Below, piece after piece: positions 8,947-17,856 of a stretch of 64,000 nucleotides of DNA. Made by a program: the position numbers and the translations under genes. How positions within the stretch are numbered: position 1 is the stretch's first letter; every line of letters starts with the position of its first letter. The notes beneath the pieces were generated by a model. The model was given only the letters and a program-made list of their open reading frames with translations. It was not told the origin of the DNA and ran no database searches. The stretch lies in sequence record PQ287642.1; one strand, 5' to 3'.

Positions 8947-9085
8947 TGTTATAATACTGCTAGCGAAAATGCCCACGAGGGGTAAGTAGCTAATCCGCAG
9001 TTCTCTTGGACGACACCTGCTGACAGTGTAGTCGCGAATGCACTGTTTGGAACCCCATTGGTTTAGCGGCCAATGGGGATTTCCT
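8947..9085 (+). ncRNA. Candidate small RNA (extended -10 TGTTATAAT, three hairpins, terminator)
   Basis: TG-N-TATAAT at 8947-8955; hairpins; 9-bp terminal stem 9053-9078 followed by ATTTCCTTTT; no ORF. Confidence 0.35.
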
Positions 9086-9086
9086 T

Positions 9087-9524
9087 TTATGCCGCTTCGG
9101 ACTTCTGTTTAACAGGTTTCTTGTACTTCCACTTGTACAGTTGGTGCAGGATGAAACTCGGAAGACCCAGTGCCAGTACACCAGCGACGGCTGTACCGAC
9201 AATCTCTTGGGGAGTGATTGCATTGAACTCGGTGCCGAAAACAACCTGAGTAATGATAATGATCATCAAACCGATCAGAGTGGTGATCCACAGACGTGGA
9301 TGCAAGGAACGACTCAGACGAAGCCCTGGAGCAGAAACGCGTTCCATCCGAGTAGACCAGGTGTGGTTACGGTAGTACATCATGTCAGTGAAGTAATCAC
9401 TGTAGATGTGCAACAGTTCTCCACGTTGATCACCGGTACCATGAGCCAAGCCATGGTAGTAGTAAATACCACCATCTTCTTTGTGGGTGTAAAGTTCAGC
9501 GTTGTCTTTGGTATACATCGACAT
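9087..9524 (-). CDS. DUF1653-like N-terminal domain fused to two transmembrane helices
   Basis: YTHKEDGGIYYYHGLAHGT...ELLHIYSD resembles the DUF1653 pattern; two hydrophobic segments. Confidence 0.6.
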   Translation of the reverse strand: MSMYTKDNAELYTHKEDGGIYYYHGLAHGTGDQRGELLHIYSDYFTDMMYYRNHTWSTRMERVSAPGLRLSRSLHPRLWITTLIGLMIIIITQVVFGTEFNAITPQEIVGTAVAGVLALGLPSFILHQLYKWKYKKPVKQKSEAA

Positions 9525-9529
9525 TTTTA

Positions 9530-9796
9530 TTACTCCGGCATTCCAGTGTGCACAAGAGAATTGAAACGAACATCGAACGTATCGTACATATCCGATGTTA
9601 GTTCCTCGAAGACTGGACTATCCATGAAGGCTTCCAGTGCGCGGCGAGCGGCGAGACGCTTATCACCTTCACCATTAGCTCCGGGATAAACCGAATTACC
9701 CTCGCCAGGCTTGGCAAAGCCGTCAAAGATATGCGACTCGCCTTCACGGTCAGTCACAGTTGCTTTAACGGAATAACCCATGTAACGGAGTCCCAT
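9530..9796 (-). CDS. Hypothetical protein
   Basis: ORF abutting its neighbours in a coupled operon. Confidence 0.7.
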   Translation of the reverse strand: MGLRYMGYSVKATVTDREGESHIFDGFAKPGEGNSVYPGANGEGDKRLAARRALEAFMDSPVFEELTSDMYDTFDVRFNSLVHTGMPE

Positions 9797-10038
9797 TATT
9801 CATCCCATCCTTTTACTTCGTACCAGAGACAGGCACTATTGTATTCAACAATGTAACCGTCTTTACGGAGGATTTCCGCTTGACGATTATTCATCTTCCC
9901 TTCAACTGGCGTGTTCTCGTTGCTGTAATCGAAGTTTACTTCTGAATCACCAGCGAGCGCCCGTTGCTTAATTTTAGCATGGATTGATTCCATACCAGCT
10001 TCTTTATAAAGAAGTTCACACAGCTCTTGTAATGTCAT
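9796..10038 (-). CDS. Hypothetical protein
   Basis: ATGA/TAATG-type overlaps with neighbours. Confidence 0.75.
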   Translation of the reverse strand: MTLQELCELLYKEAGMESIHAKIKQRALAGDSEVNFDYSNENTPVEGKMNNRQAEILRKDGYIVEYNSACLWYEVKGWDE

Positions 10039-10244
10039 GTAACTACTCCTACAATAAAGACTCGACTGATTTCATTGAGATAAGCGAGCACTAGAAGAAT
10101 ACCTGTCCAGATAGCGATATTCATTGTAGTACGCTTCTCTTCCAATCCAGGATTAGTGGAATTAACTATTCGATGACAGAAAGCACCGAATAAACCAAGA
10201 CCCATCACCACGAAGATGATGGTGAACCAACCAAGGTAGATCAC
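10035..10244 (-). CDS. Small two-TM membrane protein
   Basis: Two hydrophobic helices; GTGA overlap. Confidence 0.7.
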   Translation of the reverse strand: MIYLGWFTIIFVVMGLGLFGAFCHRIVNSTNPGLEEKRTTMNIAIWTGILLVLAYLNEISRVFIVGVVT

Positions 10245-10795
10245 TGCTGTTGCACCGGGGTAAGTTGTTTGAGGGCATTGATGATACGGTGAACAGTATC
10301 ACGTGCCAACTCGCGATTGTGGAAGTTATTGGAAATCTGATACTGAAGCTCTACTTCGCCCGTTTCCGAGTTCCGATCGAAATCTTTTACAGTGTAACTG
10401 CTATCCAAGATAGCTTCCACCATTTCGTCGTTAAGTTTGAACTCGGCAATCGTTGGCGAAACTAAACGCCCCTGGAGATTTCTGATGACCTCGTTACGGA
10501 ACGCGATGGCGCCTTCTGCAATCTCCAGTCGTTCTTCAACAGAGATGAACGGGTTCTTCCAGAGTTCGGTTTCCATTGTAGGGCGAACAGAAGCTTTCTC
10601 CCATGCGATGCACCAATAGAACCAACGTTCTTGAATTTCTTCGTTGGCTTTATCGAATGCCTCTATTGCTTTCTTATTGCGGAAACAGTCCATTGGGCGA
10701 GTATCTTTGGGGAGCCAGGTGTCAGTTTTCTCGTAATAAACGAAACGATCTACACCCGGAGTCACTGCTTGGAATTCTTTCAGTTTTTTGTCCAT
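10241..10795 (-). CDS. Hypothetical protein
   Basis: 184-aa ORF with SD-like AGGT. Confidence 0.75.
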   Translation of the reverse strand: MDKKLKEFQAVTPGVDRFVYYEKTDTWLPKDTRPMDCFRNKKAIEAFDKANEEIQERWFYWCIAWEKASVRPTMETELWKNPFISVEERLEIAEGAIAFRNEVIRNLQGRLVSPTIAEFKLNDEMVEAILDSSYTVKDFDRNSETGEVELQYQISNNFHNRELARDTVHRIINALKQLTPVQQQ

Positions 10796-10923
10796 GTGAA
10801 ATAATACCTATTGGCTGATAGTATGTAAGGAGATTACGCGTTACTTCTTATTCCTACTGCTGGGTTAGTGCCCAAAACGCGCAATGCCCGAGACGAACTC
10901 TTTGGCGAAAAGAAATGGGATTT

Positions 10924-10956
10924 AGCCCCTACCGGAAGGTAGGGGCTTTATGCCGT
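10924..10956. terminator. Hairpin AGCCCCTACC-GGAA-GGTAGGGGCT + TTATGCCGT
   Basis: 10-bp perfect stem. Confidence 0.8.
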
Positions 10957-11240
10957 CAACCGACAATAAGACCTTCGATCGATAGGGTCTCGGTATCGGC
11001 GGCGGGTTGGGTAAGACGAGTTACACGAATATAATCCGTGTAGTCATCCAGATCCAAACAACAGCTGCAACCACGTACTTTGATCTTGGTTGCTTCGATT
11101 TCGAAATCATCCAGCTTGATATCGCTGCCGAAGTGATCGACCATACGTTGAAACAACTTACCGAACGAGAACGTTTCGTACTCGCAGTCGATATGGAGGA
11201 CATCAACAGTGTCCACCGGTGGGTTATAACTACTGCTCAT
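10956..11240 (-). CDS. Hypothetical protein (start revised to MSSSYNPP)
   Basis: AAGGAG SD before ATG 11240. Confidence 0.7.
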   Translation of the reverse strand: MSSSYNPPVDTVDVLHIDCEYETFSFGKLFQRMVDHFGSDIKLDDFEIEATKIKVRGCSCCLDLDDYTDYIRVTRLTQPAADTETLSIEGLIVG

Positions 11241-11568
11241 TTGCCATCTCCTTACGTTTATTTTTAGCCCAGTTCTTTTCATAGCCAGAACGAATGAATT
11301 TACCCGATCCAGCATTGAGCCAATAGCGCTCACCTTTGAGATAACGTTCCCGTTTAGCACGGGTCAGGCGAAGAGGATCGAACATATCCTGTTCCTGGCA
11401 CATGAGGCGATCACGCAAGAAGCAGTTGTCGTTCAGGATACGAACCGAATACAATTGCCCCAGCCGGCAGTTCGCCAGTTGGGCTTTCTCAGTGCGCAAC
11501 TTGTGTTCATATGCCTTAGCATCTTCGTAACGATTGCGAGGATGTTTCTTTCCGAGTTTACGAGACAT
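11230..11568 (-). CDS. Basic hypothetical protein
   Basis: Arg/Lys-rich ORF with SD. Confidence 0.7.
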   Translation of the reverse strand: MSRKLGKKHPRNRYEDAKAYEHKLRTEKAQLANCRLGQLYSVRILNDNCFLRDRLMCQEQDMFDPLRLTRAKRERYLKGERYWLNAGSGKFIRSGYEKNWAKNKRKEMANEQ

Positions 11569-11577
11569 TGTTTTTTC

Positions 11578-11868
11578 CTATTTTGTTAATTTACGAAAAA
11601 TCTTATCATGGAATGTCATTGCCAACACGACACCTATGGAACCACCTAGACCACTAGATATGATAGCGGGAAGACCCACTATCACAAATAGGCCAATGGT
11701 GGTCAACTCAAGGGTACTGATACCCCACGAGGTGAAGAAAGCAGCCTTTTTATAACCATGAAAGATGTTTCTTTGCTGAAAGGTTTTTACAAAAGCGTAG
11801 ATGAATGATGTGGCTGTACTTAATAGTAGTAATACCCAGATAGGTAGATCGTGATTAATGTTAATCAC
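11578..11868 (-). CDS. Small multi-pass membrane protein (weak DUF5698-like)
   Basis: GTG start overlapping the upstream TGA; three hydrophobic segments. Confidence 0.6.
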   Translation of the reverse strand: MININHDLPIWVLLLLSTATSFIYAFVKTFQQRNIFHGYKKAAFFTSWGISTLELTTIGLFVIVGLPAIISSGLGGSIGVVLAMTFHDKIFRKLTK

Positions 11869-12893
11869 TTCCCTTGTTCCCACTCGGTAGGTTCACGTTT
11901 AGTACGCTGGATGTTGTGGATATCTTCCAGCTTATAACCACGACCAGTCGCCATGTAGATATGCTCTTTGTCGACACGAGTTTGGAATGCAGTCAGTGCT
12001 TCAACAGGAGCTTCCAGAGGGAAGTATTCGGTGTTGTTGCAATCCCAACAGAATTCCCATTCATTATCACGAACTTCGTAGCTGTTCTCGCTGAGGTAAG
12101 TAATATTGATCGTGTGCGCAGTCGCATTCTTTCCATCGAAGTGGTAGGAACCTACGTTGGAACGAATATCGATGCGTCCGCCATCGATGGTGTCTTGGTA
12201 GTAGAACCCACGCTCATAGAAAAACTTCAGCATCGATACGAAGTAGCTATTCAGCACTGCCTTAGCGTTAGCTTCATTCACTACCCATTTCCCATCGACG
12301 ATGTTGTTCAGGTAATCACGGTCGTGATTGATCCCGAAGTCATCAACGATATCGGCGTACAGCTTGTGATATTTAGCCACCTCATAGAGACGTTCGAGAG
12401 TAGCCCAGAGGAATACCCCATTGGGCTGCAAGCCGAGAATGATTCGACCTACGGCCCACATCCCACTTCCATTCACCTTGTAGTCTTCATACAGATGCCC
12501 TTTGATATTAGAACCAGGTTGCAGTTCATCCGCCGGGTAACCAGTACGAAGCCGGGCACGAATAACGTTAAGAACAGCTTCACCGTTATTGATGTCCACA
12601 AGGTTAATACCAAAGGTAGTCCAGCTACCACGGATACGTCCCTGATATGCAATACGAATGGCATTTCCAAATTCAGAGATGATCCAACGATGGTCATCGT
12701 CGATCACGAAACGGCAGCCGTTCTTCCACAATGCAACCAAATTATCTTTGGCTGCCAGGATACGTTTGGTAGCATTATCCTCGGTTGCTGCCGCATCGGG
12801 TGAGGTACGCAGATAAGACAACAGAAGCAGCTCGGCAGCTTCGTTGGTCTGAGTGGAAAACATAGCGCGGTTCAGACTTGCATTAATGATCAT
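11865..12893 (-). CDS. Hypothetical protein (start revised to MIINASLNR)
   Basis: AAGGA SD before ATG 12893; the track start crosses a terminator. Confidence 0.75.
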   Translation of the reverse strand: MIINASLNRAMFSTQTNEAAELLLLSYLRTSPDAAATEDNATKRILAAKDNLVALWKNGCRFVIDDDHRWIISEFGNAIRIAYQGRIRGSWTTFGINLVDINNGEAVLNVIRARLRTGYPADELQPGSNIKGHLYEDYKVNGSGMWAVGRIILGLQPNGVFLWATLERLYEVAKYHKLYADIVDDFGINHDRDYLNNIVDGKWVVNEANAKAVLNSYFVSMLKFFYERGFYYQDTIDGGRIDIRSNVGSYHFDGKNATAHTINITYLSENSYEVRDNEWEFCWDCNNTEYFPLEAPVEALTAFQTRVDKEHIYMATGRGYKLEDIHNIQRTKREPTEWEQGK

Positions 12894-12944
12894 GGTAATT
12901 TCCTTTTTGCGGTTTATGGGTTTATTACTAAATAAAAAAATTAC

Positions 12945-12981
12945 GACATAAAAAATAAAAAAGGGGACCCGAAGGTCCCCT
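12945..12981 (-). terminator. Hairpin AGGGGACC-CGAA-GGTCCCCT with U-rich tail and TTTATGTCGT
   Basis: 8-bp stem, poly-T on the minus strand. Confidence 0.85.
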
Positions 12982-12985
12982 GTTA

Positions 12986-13618
12986 TCACGCAGCTACATG
13001 AGCATAGGTCAATGCATTGCATTTCGGTTTGGTCGGAGAGACCTCACTGAAGAACATTACTCGATCGTTGATGTACTCACGGGCGTGTTCTTCACTCTCG
13101 AAGAACATACCCATGGCCAGTTTATCTTTCACGTTTTCCTGAGTTACCGGAATGCCACGAGCTTCAATCACCACCGCCCAGACACGACCATCGGTATCCA
13201 TTACAGTTACCAGATGGAAGAAGATCTTGGTCGGATTAGGCATGGCAGCAGTAGCGGGTTTGGACCACTCTGCTACAGTACCCATGGACTGGACAGTCAT
13301 GTCCGCCGTATTGCGCTGATGCATCCAACCTTCCACAGTCGGTACACCGTTTTTCAGGATGATGATATCATACCAGTTTGCATTGTTACGCATGACGCAG
13401 CGTTCGTATTTGCCACCGGCATTGACATTACCCATGATCAGCACATCGTGAAGCGGAACTTCGATGTGAGTGATCTTGGAAGTATAGTCAGGAATCAGTC
13501 GATCTTCGACCTTTACCCAGTTAGCTGCACGGGGGTGAGTCAATGCAACGCGAACAACGCCTTTGACGGCTTGTTCTTTAAGGGCAGCCATTACCAGAAC
13601 TGCTTGAACGACGTCCAT
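12986..13618 (-). CDS. Hypothetical protein (possible DUF551-like middle segment)
   Basis: TAAGGAG SD; NWVKVEDRLIPD motif. Confidence 0.75.
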   Translation of the reverse strand: MDVVQAVLVMAALKEQAVKGVVRVALTHPRAANWVKVEDRLIPDYTSKITHIEVPLHDVLIMGNVNAGGKYERCVMRNNANWYDIIILKNGVPTVEGWMHQRNTADMTVQSMGTVAEWSKPATAAMPNPTKIFFHLVTVMDTDGRVWAVVIEARGIPVTQENVKDKLAMGMFFESEEHAREYINDRVMFFSEVSPTKPKCNALTYAHVAA

Positions 13619-13627
13619 AATTACTCC

Positions 13628-13768
13628 TTAATGCATGTTTTCTATTTTGACAATATCCCACTGCGACAATTCAGTGTCACGATAGAACTTTTGAAGTGCC
13701 TCTTCGATTCCCATTTGAGAGGGAGCCTCCCAGACAGTACCATTGTAACACGTGACTTTCCAGAGCAT
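13628..13768 (-). CDS. 46-aa microprotein MLWKVTCYNGTVWEAPSQ...
   Basis: Not in track; TAAGGA SD; fills the gap exactly. Confidence 0.65.
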   Translation of the reverse strand: MLWKVTCYNGTVWEAPSQMGIEEALQKFYRDTELSQWDIVKIENMH

Positions 13769-13801
13769 GCCTATTCCTTATTGAAAGTTCTTAGGAACGA
13801 A

Positions 13802-14929
13802 TTATTTGATAACAACCGCTTCCGAGAGAGTTTCCATACTGCTGATAACCAGTTTGGATTTATCTTCATCAGGTTCTTCCATTGCTTCACGCAGGAGTTC
13901 ACCGATGGTTTTGGGTTGAACGTCATCACTGATTTCACGAGAACATGCCGAGTCTTCGAACATGTCATTCATGTTAATCATATCGATGTCGTCATCCAAA
14001 CCAGAGTCGTAGTACGAGTCTTCCATGGAGTAGCACGATTCATCAGAAGAATCCGAAGACTCTCCATACATTTCATCGAAGTCACGTTCCATTTCTTTTT
14101 CGTACATTTCGGACATTGCTTTGTTATCTTCTTCCTGCGCCTTACGACGAGAAGTCTTGTAGAACGGCAGCAGGCGTTGCAGGACTTTATGGAACTTCTT
14201 CTTGCTGATCAACCAGCTACCGAAATAACGAGACAGTTTTACTTCAGCTGCCTTGATAGTCGGATCAGCATACATCGCTGCTACCAGTTTCTCCAGATCG
14301 TACAGATGATCCTTCGAAGGGTTGGTATATGCAGGATGCTCTTGGAGAGCGAACATCACGAACGTACGCATGTCAGTGATGAAGTACTGGTTGTGGTGCT
14401 TGTTGATCTCGACGTATACCGGATCGGTATGACGATGGTAGTCGAACTCCTCAGCCCAGGTCAGGTTGCGAACCTTAGTAGGGCGAGGACCTTCTACCCA
14501 ACGAACAGTCGGATGTTTCTCACGGATGTTCCAACCATGCGCACGATCGTACTCAGTCGGTTCTTCTTTGAACCAGGTGAAGTTACCTTCGCCACGTTCG
14601 AGGATCTTTTTACACCAGCTAATGTTGATGCTGTACTTGCGTCCTTCGATCAAGTTGCAGGGTTTATCCAGAACAGCGACATAGCTGTCATGACCATTGG
14701 CCACGATACCAAGAACGGTAGCTTCGAAGGTTTCATAACGCTGACCGGGATACACGCGTTCATTTTCGTCCAGGAAACGGAGAGAACAGGACTCGAAGAT
14801 TGCACGGGTACCAGCAGGGAAATGAGCGCGGCCGAAGGGGCTCTCGGCTTTACGTTCTTTGCGACGTTCGATAACCCATTCCAGTTTTTCTTTGGTCAGA
14901 CGGGTGGTGGGTTCGCGATATTGTTTCAT
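13802..14929 (-). CDS. Hypothetical protein with acidic C-terminal tail (start revised to MKQYREP)
   Basis: AAGGA SD before ATG 14929. Confidence 0.75.
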   Translation of the reverse strand: MKQYREPTTRLTKEKLEWVIERRKERKAESPFGRAHFPAGTRAIFESCSLRFLDENERVYPGQRYETFEATVLGIVANGHDSYVAVLDKPCNLIEGRKYSINISWCKKILERGEGNFTWFKEEPTEYDRAHGWNIREKHPTVRWVEGPRPTKVRNLTWAEEFDYHRHTDPVYVEINKHHNQYFITDMRTFVMFALQEHPAYTNPSKDHLYDLEKLVAAMYADPTIKAAEVKLSRYFGSWLISKKKFHKVLQRLLPFYKTSRRKAQEEDNKAMSEMYEKEMERDFDEMYGESSDSSDESCYSMEDSYYDSGLDDDIDMINMNDMFEDSACSREISDDVQPKTIGELLREAMEEPDEDKSKLVISSMETLSEAVVIK

Positions 14930-15024
14930 GGTAATTTCCTTTTTACATTTGGGTTTAGTTGAGTACATCTCAATGCATCCTTTCCAAGACACATTGAGAT
15001 GGGGTCTCCGAAGAGACCCATCTA

Positions 15025-15627
15025 TTATTCCTGGGTCAGTTCCCCAAGACGACCTTCAGCTTTCATACGGCGGATCTCCGAAATGGACTTACCGTATTTT
15101 GCAGCCAGTTCCTTTACGGTGCCTTCAGGGGCAGGTTTACTCATGTTGCGAAAGTTTTGCTTGGCGATGTTGTAGTTTTGAGCCTGAAGAGTTCGCTGCG
15201 CAGAACGAACCAAAGCATTGCCAATGCACTGAGAGGTGAAAGTGACCATGAAAGACTTCAGCTTATCACGGTACGTATTGACCCATGCACAGGATTCATC
15301 CACGTGCGTGCACATGTACTCGGCGGCTTTGGCATATTCCAACAAGCCGACTGCATCTGGTCCAACATCCTGGTAAACCATTTTGTTGAAAAGACCCAGT
15401 GCGATATCAGATGCACGTTCAGCTGTAATGAAATCGATTGCATCATTAACGATCAACGTTTCCAGATCTTTGAACTTAACCGCATCGTTTTTGATCAACG
15501 CCAGCATAGCGTCAACCTTTACGGTCAACATCATGTCTTCATTACGACGATTGACCAGTTCATTGGTCTGCTCTTGGGTGAACACATGGTCCACGTTTTG
15601 GAAGACTTTCGACAGACGACTATCCAT
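15025..15627 (-). CDS. Hypothetical protein with C-terminal HTH-like motif
   Basis: VKELAAKYGKSISEIRRMKAEGRL. Confidence 0.7.
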   Translation of the reverse strand: MDSRLSKVFQNVDHVFTQEQTNELVNRRNEDMMLTVKVDAMLALIKNDAVKFKDLETLIVNDAIDFITAERASDIALGLFNKMVYQDVGPDAVGLLEYAKAAEYMCTHVDESCAWVNTYRDKLKSFMVTFTSQCIGNALVRSAQRTLQAQNYNIAKQNFRNMSKPAPEGTVKELAAKYGKSISEIRRMKAEGRLGELTQE

Positions 15628-15804
15628 TTATTTATCCTCATTTACAGTGAATGCAAACATAGTACATTTCGGTTTAGCCGGATGTTGACACCATTCCTTC
15701 GAAACCTTACCTTCGGGTTTGGTCAGTTCATAATAGAACTCACCGCAAGCAGCAGCGAGTCCCATCAGAACTGCAAGAAAACCTACACCTATTTTGGTTT
15801 TCAC
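15628..15804 (-). CDS. 58-aa putative lipoprotein (lipobox LAAAC)
   Basis: Not in track; GTG start overlapping TGA; K-rich n-region, hydrophobic h-region, Cys20. Confidence 0.6.
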   Translation of the reverse strand: MKTKIGVGFLAVLMGLAAACGEFYYELTKPEGKVSKEWCQHPAKPKCTMFAFTVNEDK

Positions 15805-16190
15805 TTAGCGATGATCCGTTGTACGAAATGTTGGAGATTTGCAACCAGCCGATCGAACTCTTCCTCGGTCAGCTGATCACGATGAGATTCCAGAAGTACT
15901 TCTACCTCCGGAAGAACGTTCAGAGCGATGTCCAGCTGGATACGCGAAATGAACTCTGCGACATCCAGATCACGATCACGCCTGAGCCGATTCACCAACT
16001 TGCGATGTTGATCACTGTTACGGTAGGCCGAGATCTTATCGATAAGAATATCGGAGATACTGCTTTCGATCTGTTCCGCTACAGTTCGCCCTTCTTCCTT
16101 GGTGGTTGCTTTTACGGCGAGGATAGCAGCAACGGCGGTTGCACTAACCGCCAATGCAATGAGACCGTATTTAACGTAGGTTTCCATCAT
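15801..16190 (-). CDS. N-terminal TM-anchored protein (start revised to MMETYVKY)
   Basis: GGGG SD-like tract; TM helix followed by a helical domain. Confidence 0.7.
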   Translation of the reverse strand: MMETYVKYGLIALAVSATAVAAILAVKATTKEEGRTVAEQIESSISDILIDKISAYRNSDQHRKLVNRLRRDRDLDVAEFISRIQLDIALNVLPEVEVLLESHRDQLTEEEFDRLVANLQHFVQRIIAK

Positions 16191-16191
16191 A

Positions 16192-16515
16192 TTACCCCCA
16201 ACCCATTTCGGATTTGAATTCATCGATGCGTACATCGAATGCAGCTTTGTACTCACCGTCACGATCACGCATTTCAATAGCCATTTTAATGCGGAGACTC
16301 AACAGGCCCTGAGAGAAACGCAGACGAGCAGCGGTATCATTCTCGATCGCAGCTTTACGTGCTTCTTGGATCAGTACGTCCAACCGCTTACTGAAATCAG
16401 CGAAAAGAATCTTATCGTTCAGACTCTTAGCCACGATATCAGTACCGATCATGACACCAGCGACAGCCAGGGCAACGCCAAGACCAATTGCCATTTCTTT
16501 GAGGACTTGATTCAT
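16192..16515 (-). CDS. N-terminal TM-anchored protein
   Basis: TM helix AIGLGVALAVAGVMIG. Confidence 0.75.
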   Translation of the reverse strand: MNQVLKEMAIGLGVALAVAGVMIGTDIVAKSLNDKILFADFSKRLDVLIQEARKAAIENDTAARLRFSQGLLSLRIKMAIEMRDRDGEYKAAFDVRIDEFKSEMGWG

Positions 16516-16553
16516 TTGTATATTCCTATTTTCGAATTTGAAGTGAGAATGGA

Positions 16554-16706
16554 TTAACGCAGTTCAGCTTTTGGTTTTGCAGTTTCGTCCTTGGTCTTAC
16601 GACGCTCTTCCATCCAGTTGTTATGGTAAGCAGCAACGCCGACGAAGCCGACAACGGCTACGGCGATGAGACCCAAGCTGAGTGCATTTTCTTTAATGAA
16701 GTCCAT
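16554..16706 (-). CDS. 50-aa single-TM microprotein MDFIKENALSLGLIAVAVVGF...
   Basis: Not in track; AAGGG SD. Confidence 0.7.
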   Translation of the reverse strand: MDFIKENALSLGLIAVAVVGFVGVAAYHNNWMEERRKTKDETAKPKAELR

Positions 16707-16711
16707 GACTA

Positions 16712-17053
16712 TTACCCTTTCAGAGTGGCATCCGAATTGAAGACGTCGGGACCAACCGAGAGACTTCCCAGAAGATCCGGAGCAAGGTAAACAGAGTTGA
16801 GGGTTTCGTATACACCAGCAACAGTGTCTACTTTAACCAGGCTAGAACTGCGCAGGGATACCCATTCACCGTTACGGAAGGTTTCACCGACCAGTACACG
16901 AACATCATCTACGTCAGTGCGATTTGGCCATAGATCCTTACCTTCCACTATTTCTACGTTACGCGCATGGTAGACCAGTTTACCATTCATGCGAGCAACG
17001 ATATTCGGACGGCACATGTTGTCGATTACTTTAACTGCTACGGACTTTTCCAT
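16712..17053 (-). CDS. Hypothetical protein
   Basis: TAAGGAG SD; beta-rich sequence. Confidence 0.75.
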   Translation of the reverse strand: MEKSVAVKVIDNMCRPNIVARMNGKLVYHARNVEIVEGKDLWPNRTDVDDVRVLVGETFRNGEWVSLRSSSLVKVDTVAGVYETLNSVYLAPDLLGSLSVGPDVFNSDATLKG

Positions 17054-17063
17054 TTTTATCTCC

Positions 17064-17219
17064 TTATTTAGTTACGAGCATTTCTTGGCCATTGGGACCG
17101 ATACGATGACCGAGAATAACCTCGGATTCTTTTTCAACTTTCGGAGCTTCATAGGAACCGCCGTAAACAACAGCTGCACCGAGAACCATACCAACCAGAA
17201 CCATTACGATAGCTTTCAT
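17064..17219 (-). CDS. 51-aa single-TM microprotein MKAIVMVLVGMVLGAAVVYG...
   Basis: Not in track; AAGGA SD; first gene after an early promoter. Confidence 0.7.
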   Translation of the reverse strand: MKAIVMVLVGMVLGAAVVYGGSYEAPKVEKESEVILGHRIGPNGQEMLVTK

Positions 17220-17258
17220 GTTGAGTTTCCTTCTCTAGATAGGGGTATTATCACATTT

Positions 17259-17266
17259 GTAATATA
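17259..17266 (-). promoter_or_regulatory. Early promoter TATATTAC
   Basis: TTTTAAAACG-TATATTAC-AAATGTG on the minus strand. Confidence 0.75.
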
Positions 17267-17311
17267 CGTTTTAAAAAGACTTAAATGTACATTCGAATAT
17301 GATAAAAAAGA

Positions 17312-17331
17312 AAGGGCTCCGAAGAGCCCTT
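17312..17331 (-). terminator. Hairpin AAGGGCTC-CGAA-GAGCCCTT with U tail
   Basis: 8-bp stem, TCTTTTTT follows on the minus strand. Confidence 0.8.
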
Positions 17332-17335
17332 CTTA

Positions 17336-17617
17336 TTACAGTTTACGCAGGAACTTGACAACTTCCTCACGCAGCTCGCGCAGAGTTGCCGTCAGCAGAA
17401 TACGTTCTTCTGCTTCATGGATCAGGCGTTCTGCCAGATCGGACAGTTCTTCTTTACGTTTATCGAGATCATAATCCGGCGGGATTCGATCATTGGCGTC
17501 ACGCAGTTTCTGCATGACTTCTTCTGCTGTGTTCTCGTCGGTCCATGTAATGGCGATCATCGAGATTACACCGCCGACTACAACACAACCCAGACCTTTT
17601 ACAAAATTACCGAACAT
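17336..17617 (-). CDS. N-terminal TM plus coiled-coil protein
   Basis: TM helix followed by heptad-rich region; TAAGGA SD. Confidence 0.75.
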   Translation of the reverse strand: MFGNFVKGLGCVVVGGVISMIAITWTDENTAEEVMQKLRDANDRIPPDYDLDKRKEELSDLAERLIHEAEERILLTATLRELREEVVKFLRKL

Positions 17618-17643
17618 GTTACTTTCCTTATTTGCAGATGGGG

Positions 17644-17841
17644 TTATTGAGCAGTTGTTTCTTCAGCCGGAGCAGAGGTATCCTGTTCTTGAACAGGAGA
17701 TTCAGCTGTGGTATCCGTGGATGCATCATCGCCAGTTGGTTCGACAACGTTGTCGTTCAGAGTTTCATACAGCTTACATGCAGCTGTACCGAGAGCGATA
17801 ACGGCAGCCAGAGCACCAGTAACAACCAGAATCTTTTTCAT
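17644..17841 (-). CDS. Signal-peptide/lipoprotein-like acidic microprotein
   Basis: MKKILVVTGALAAVIALGTAAC followed by a D/E/T-rich tail. Confidence 0.7.
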   Translation of the reverse strand: MKKILVVTGALAAVIALGTAACKLYETLNDNVVEPTGDDASTDTTAESPVQEQDTSAPAEETTAQ

Positions 17842-17856
17842 GATGGAGTTCCCTTT

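Noticed and set aside
8924-9052. tRNA in the structured intergenic segments (also 8178-8535 and 10796-10923)
   Set aside because: No cloverleaf with TTCGA T-loop, acceptor stem or CCA could be built.
12998-14962. 654-aa plus-strand ORF spanning three genes
   Set aside because: The three minus-strand genes (12986, 13628, 13802) happen to share one frame, so their antisense shadow is continuous; no SD or promoter.
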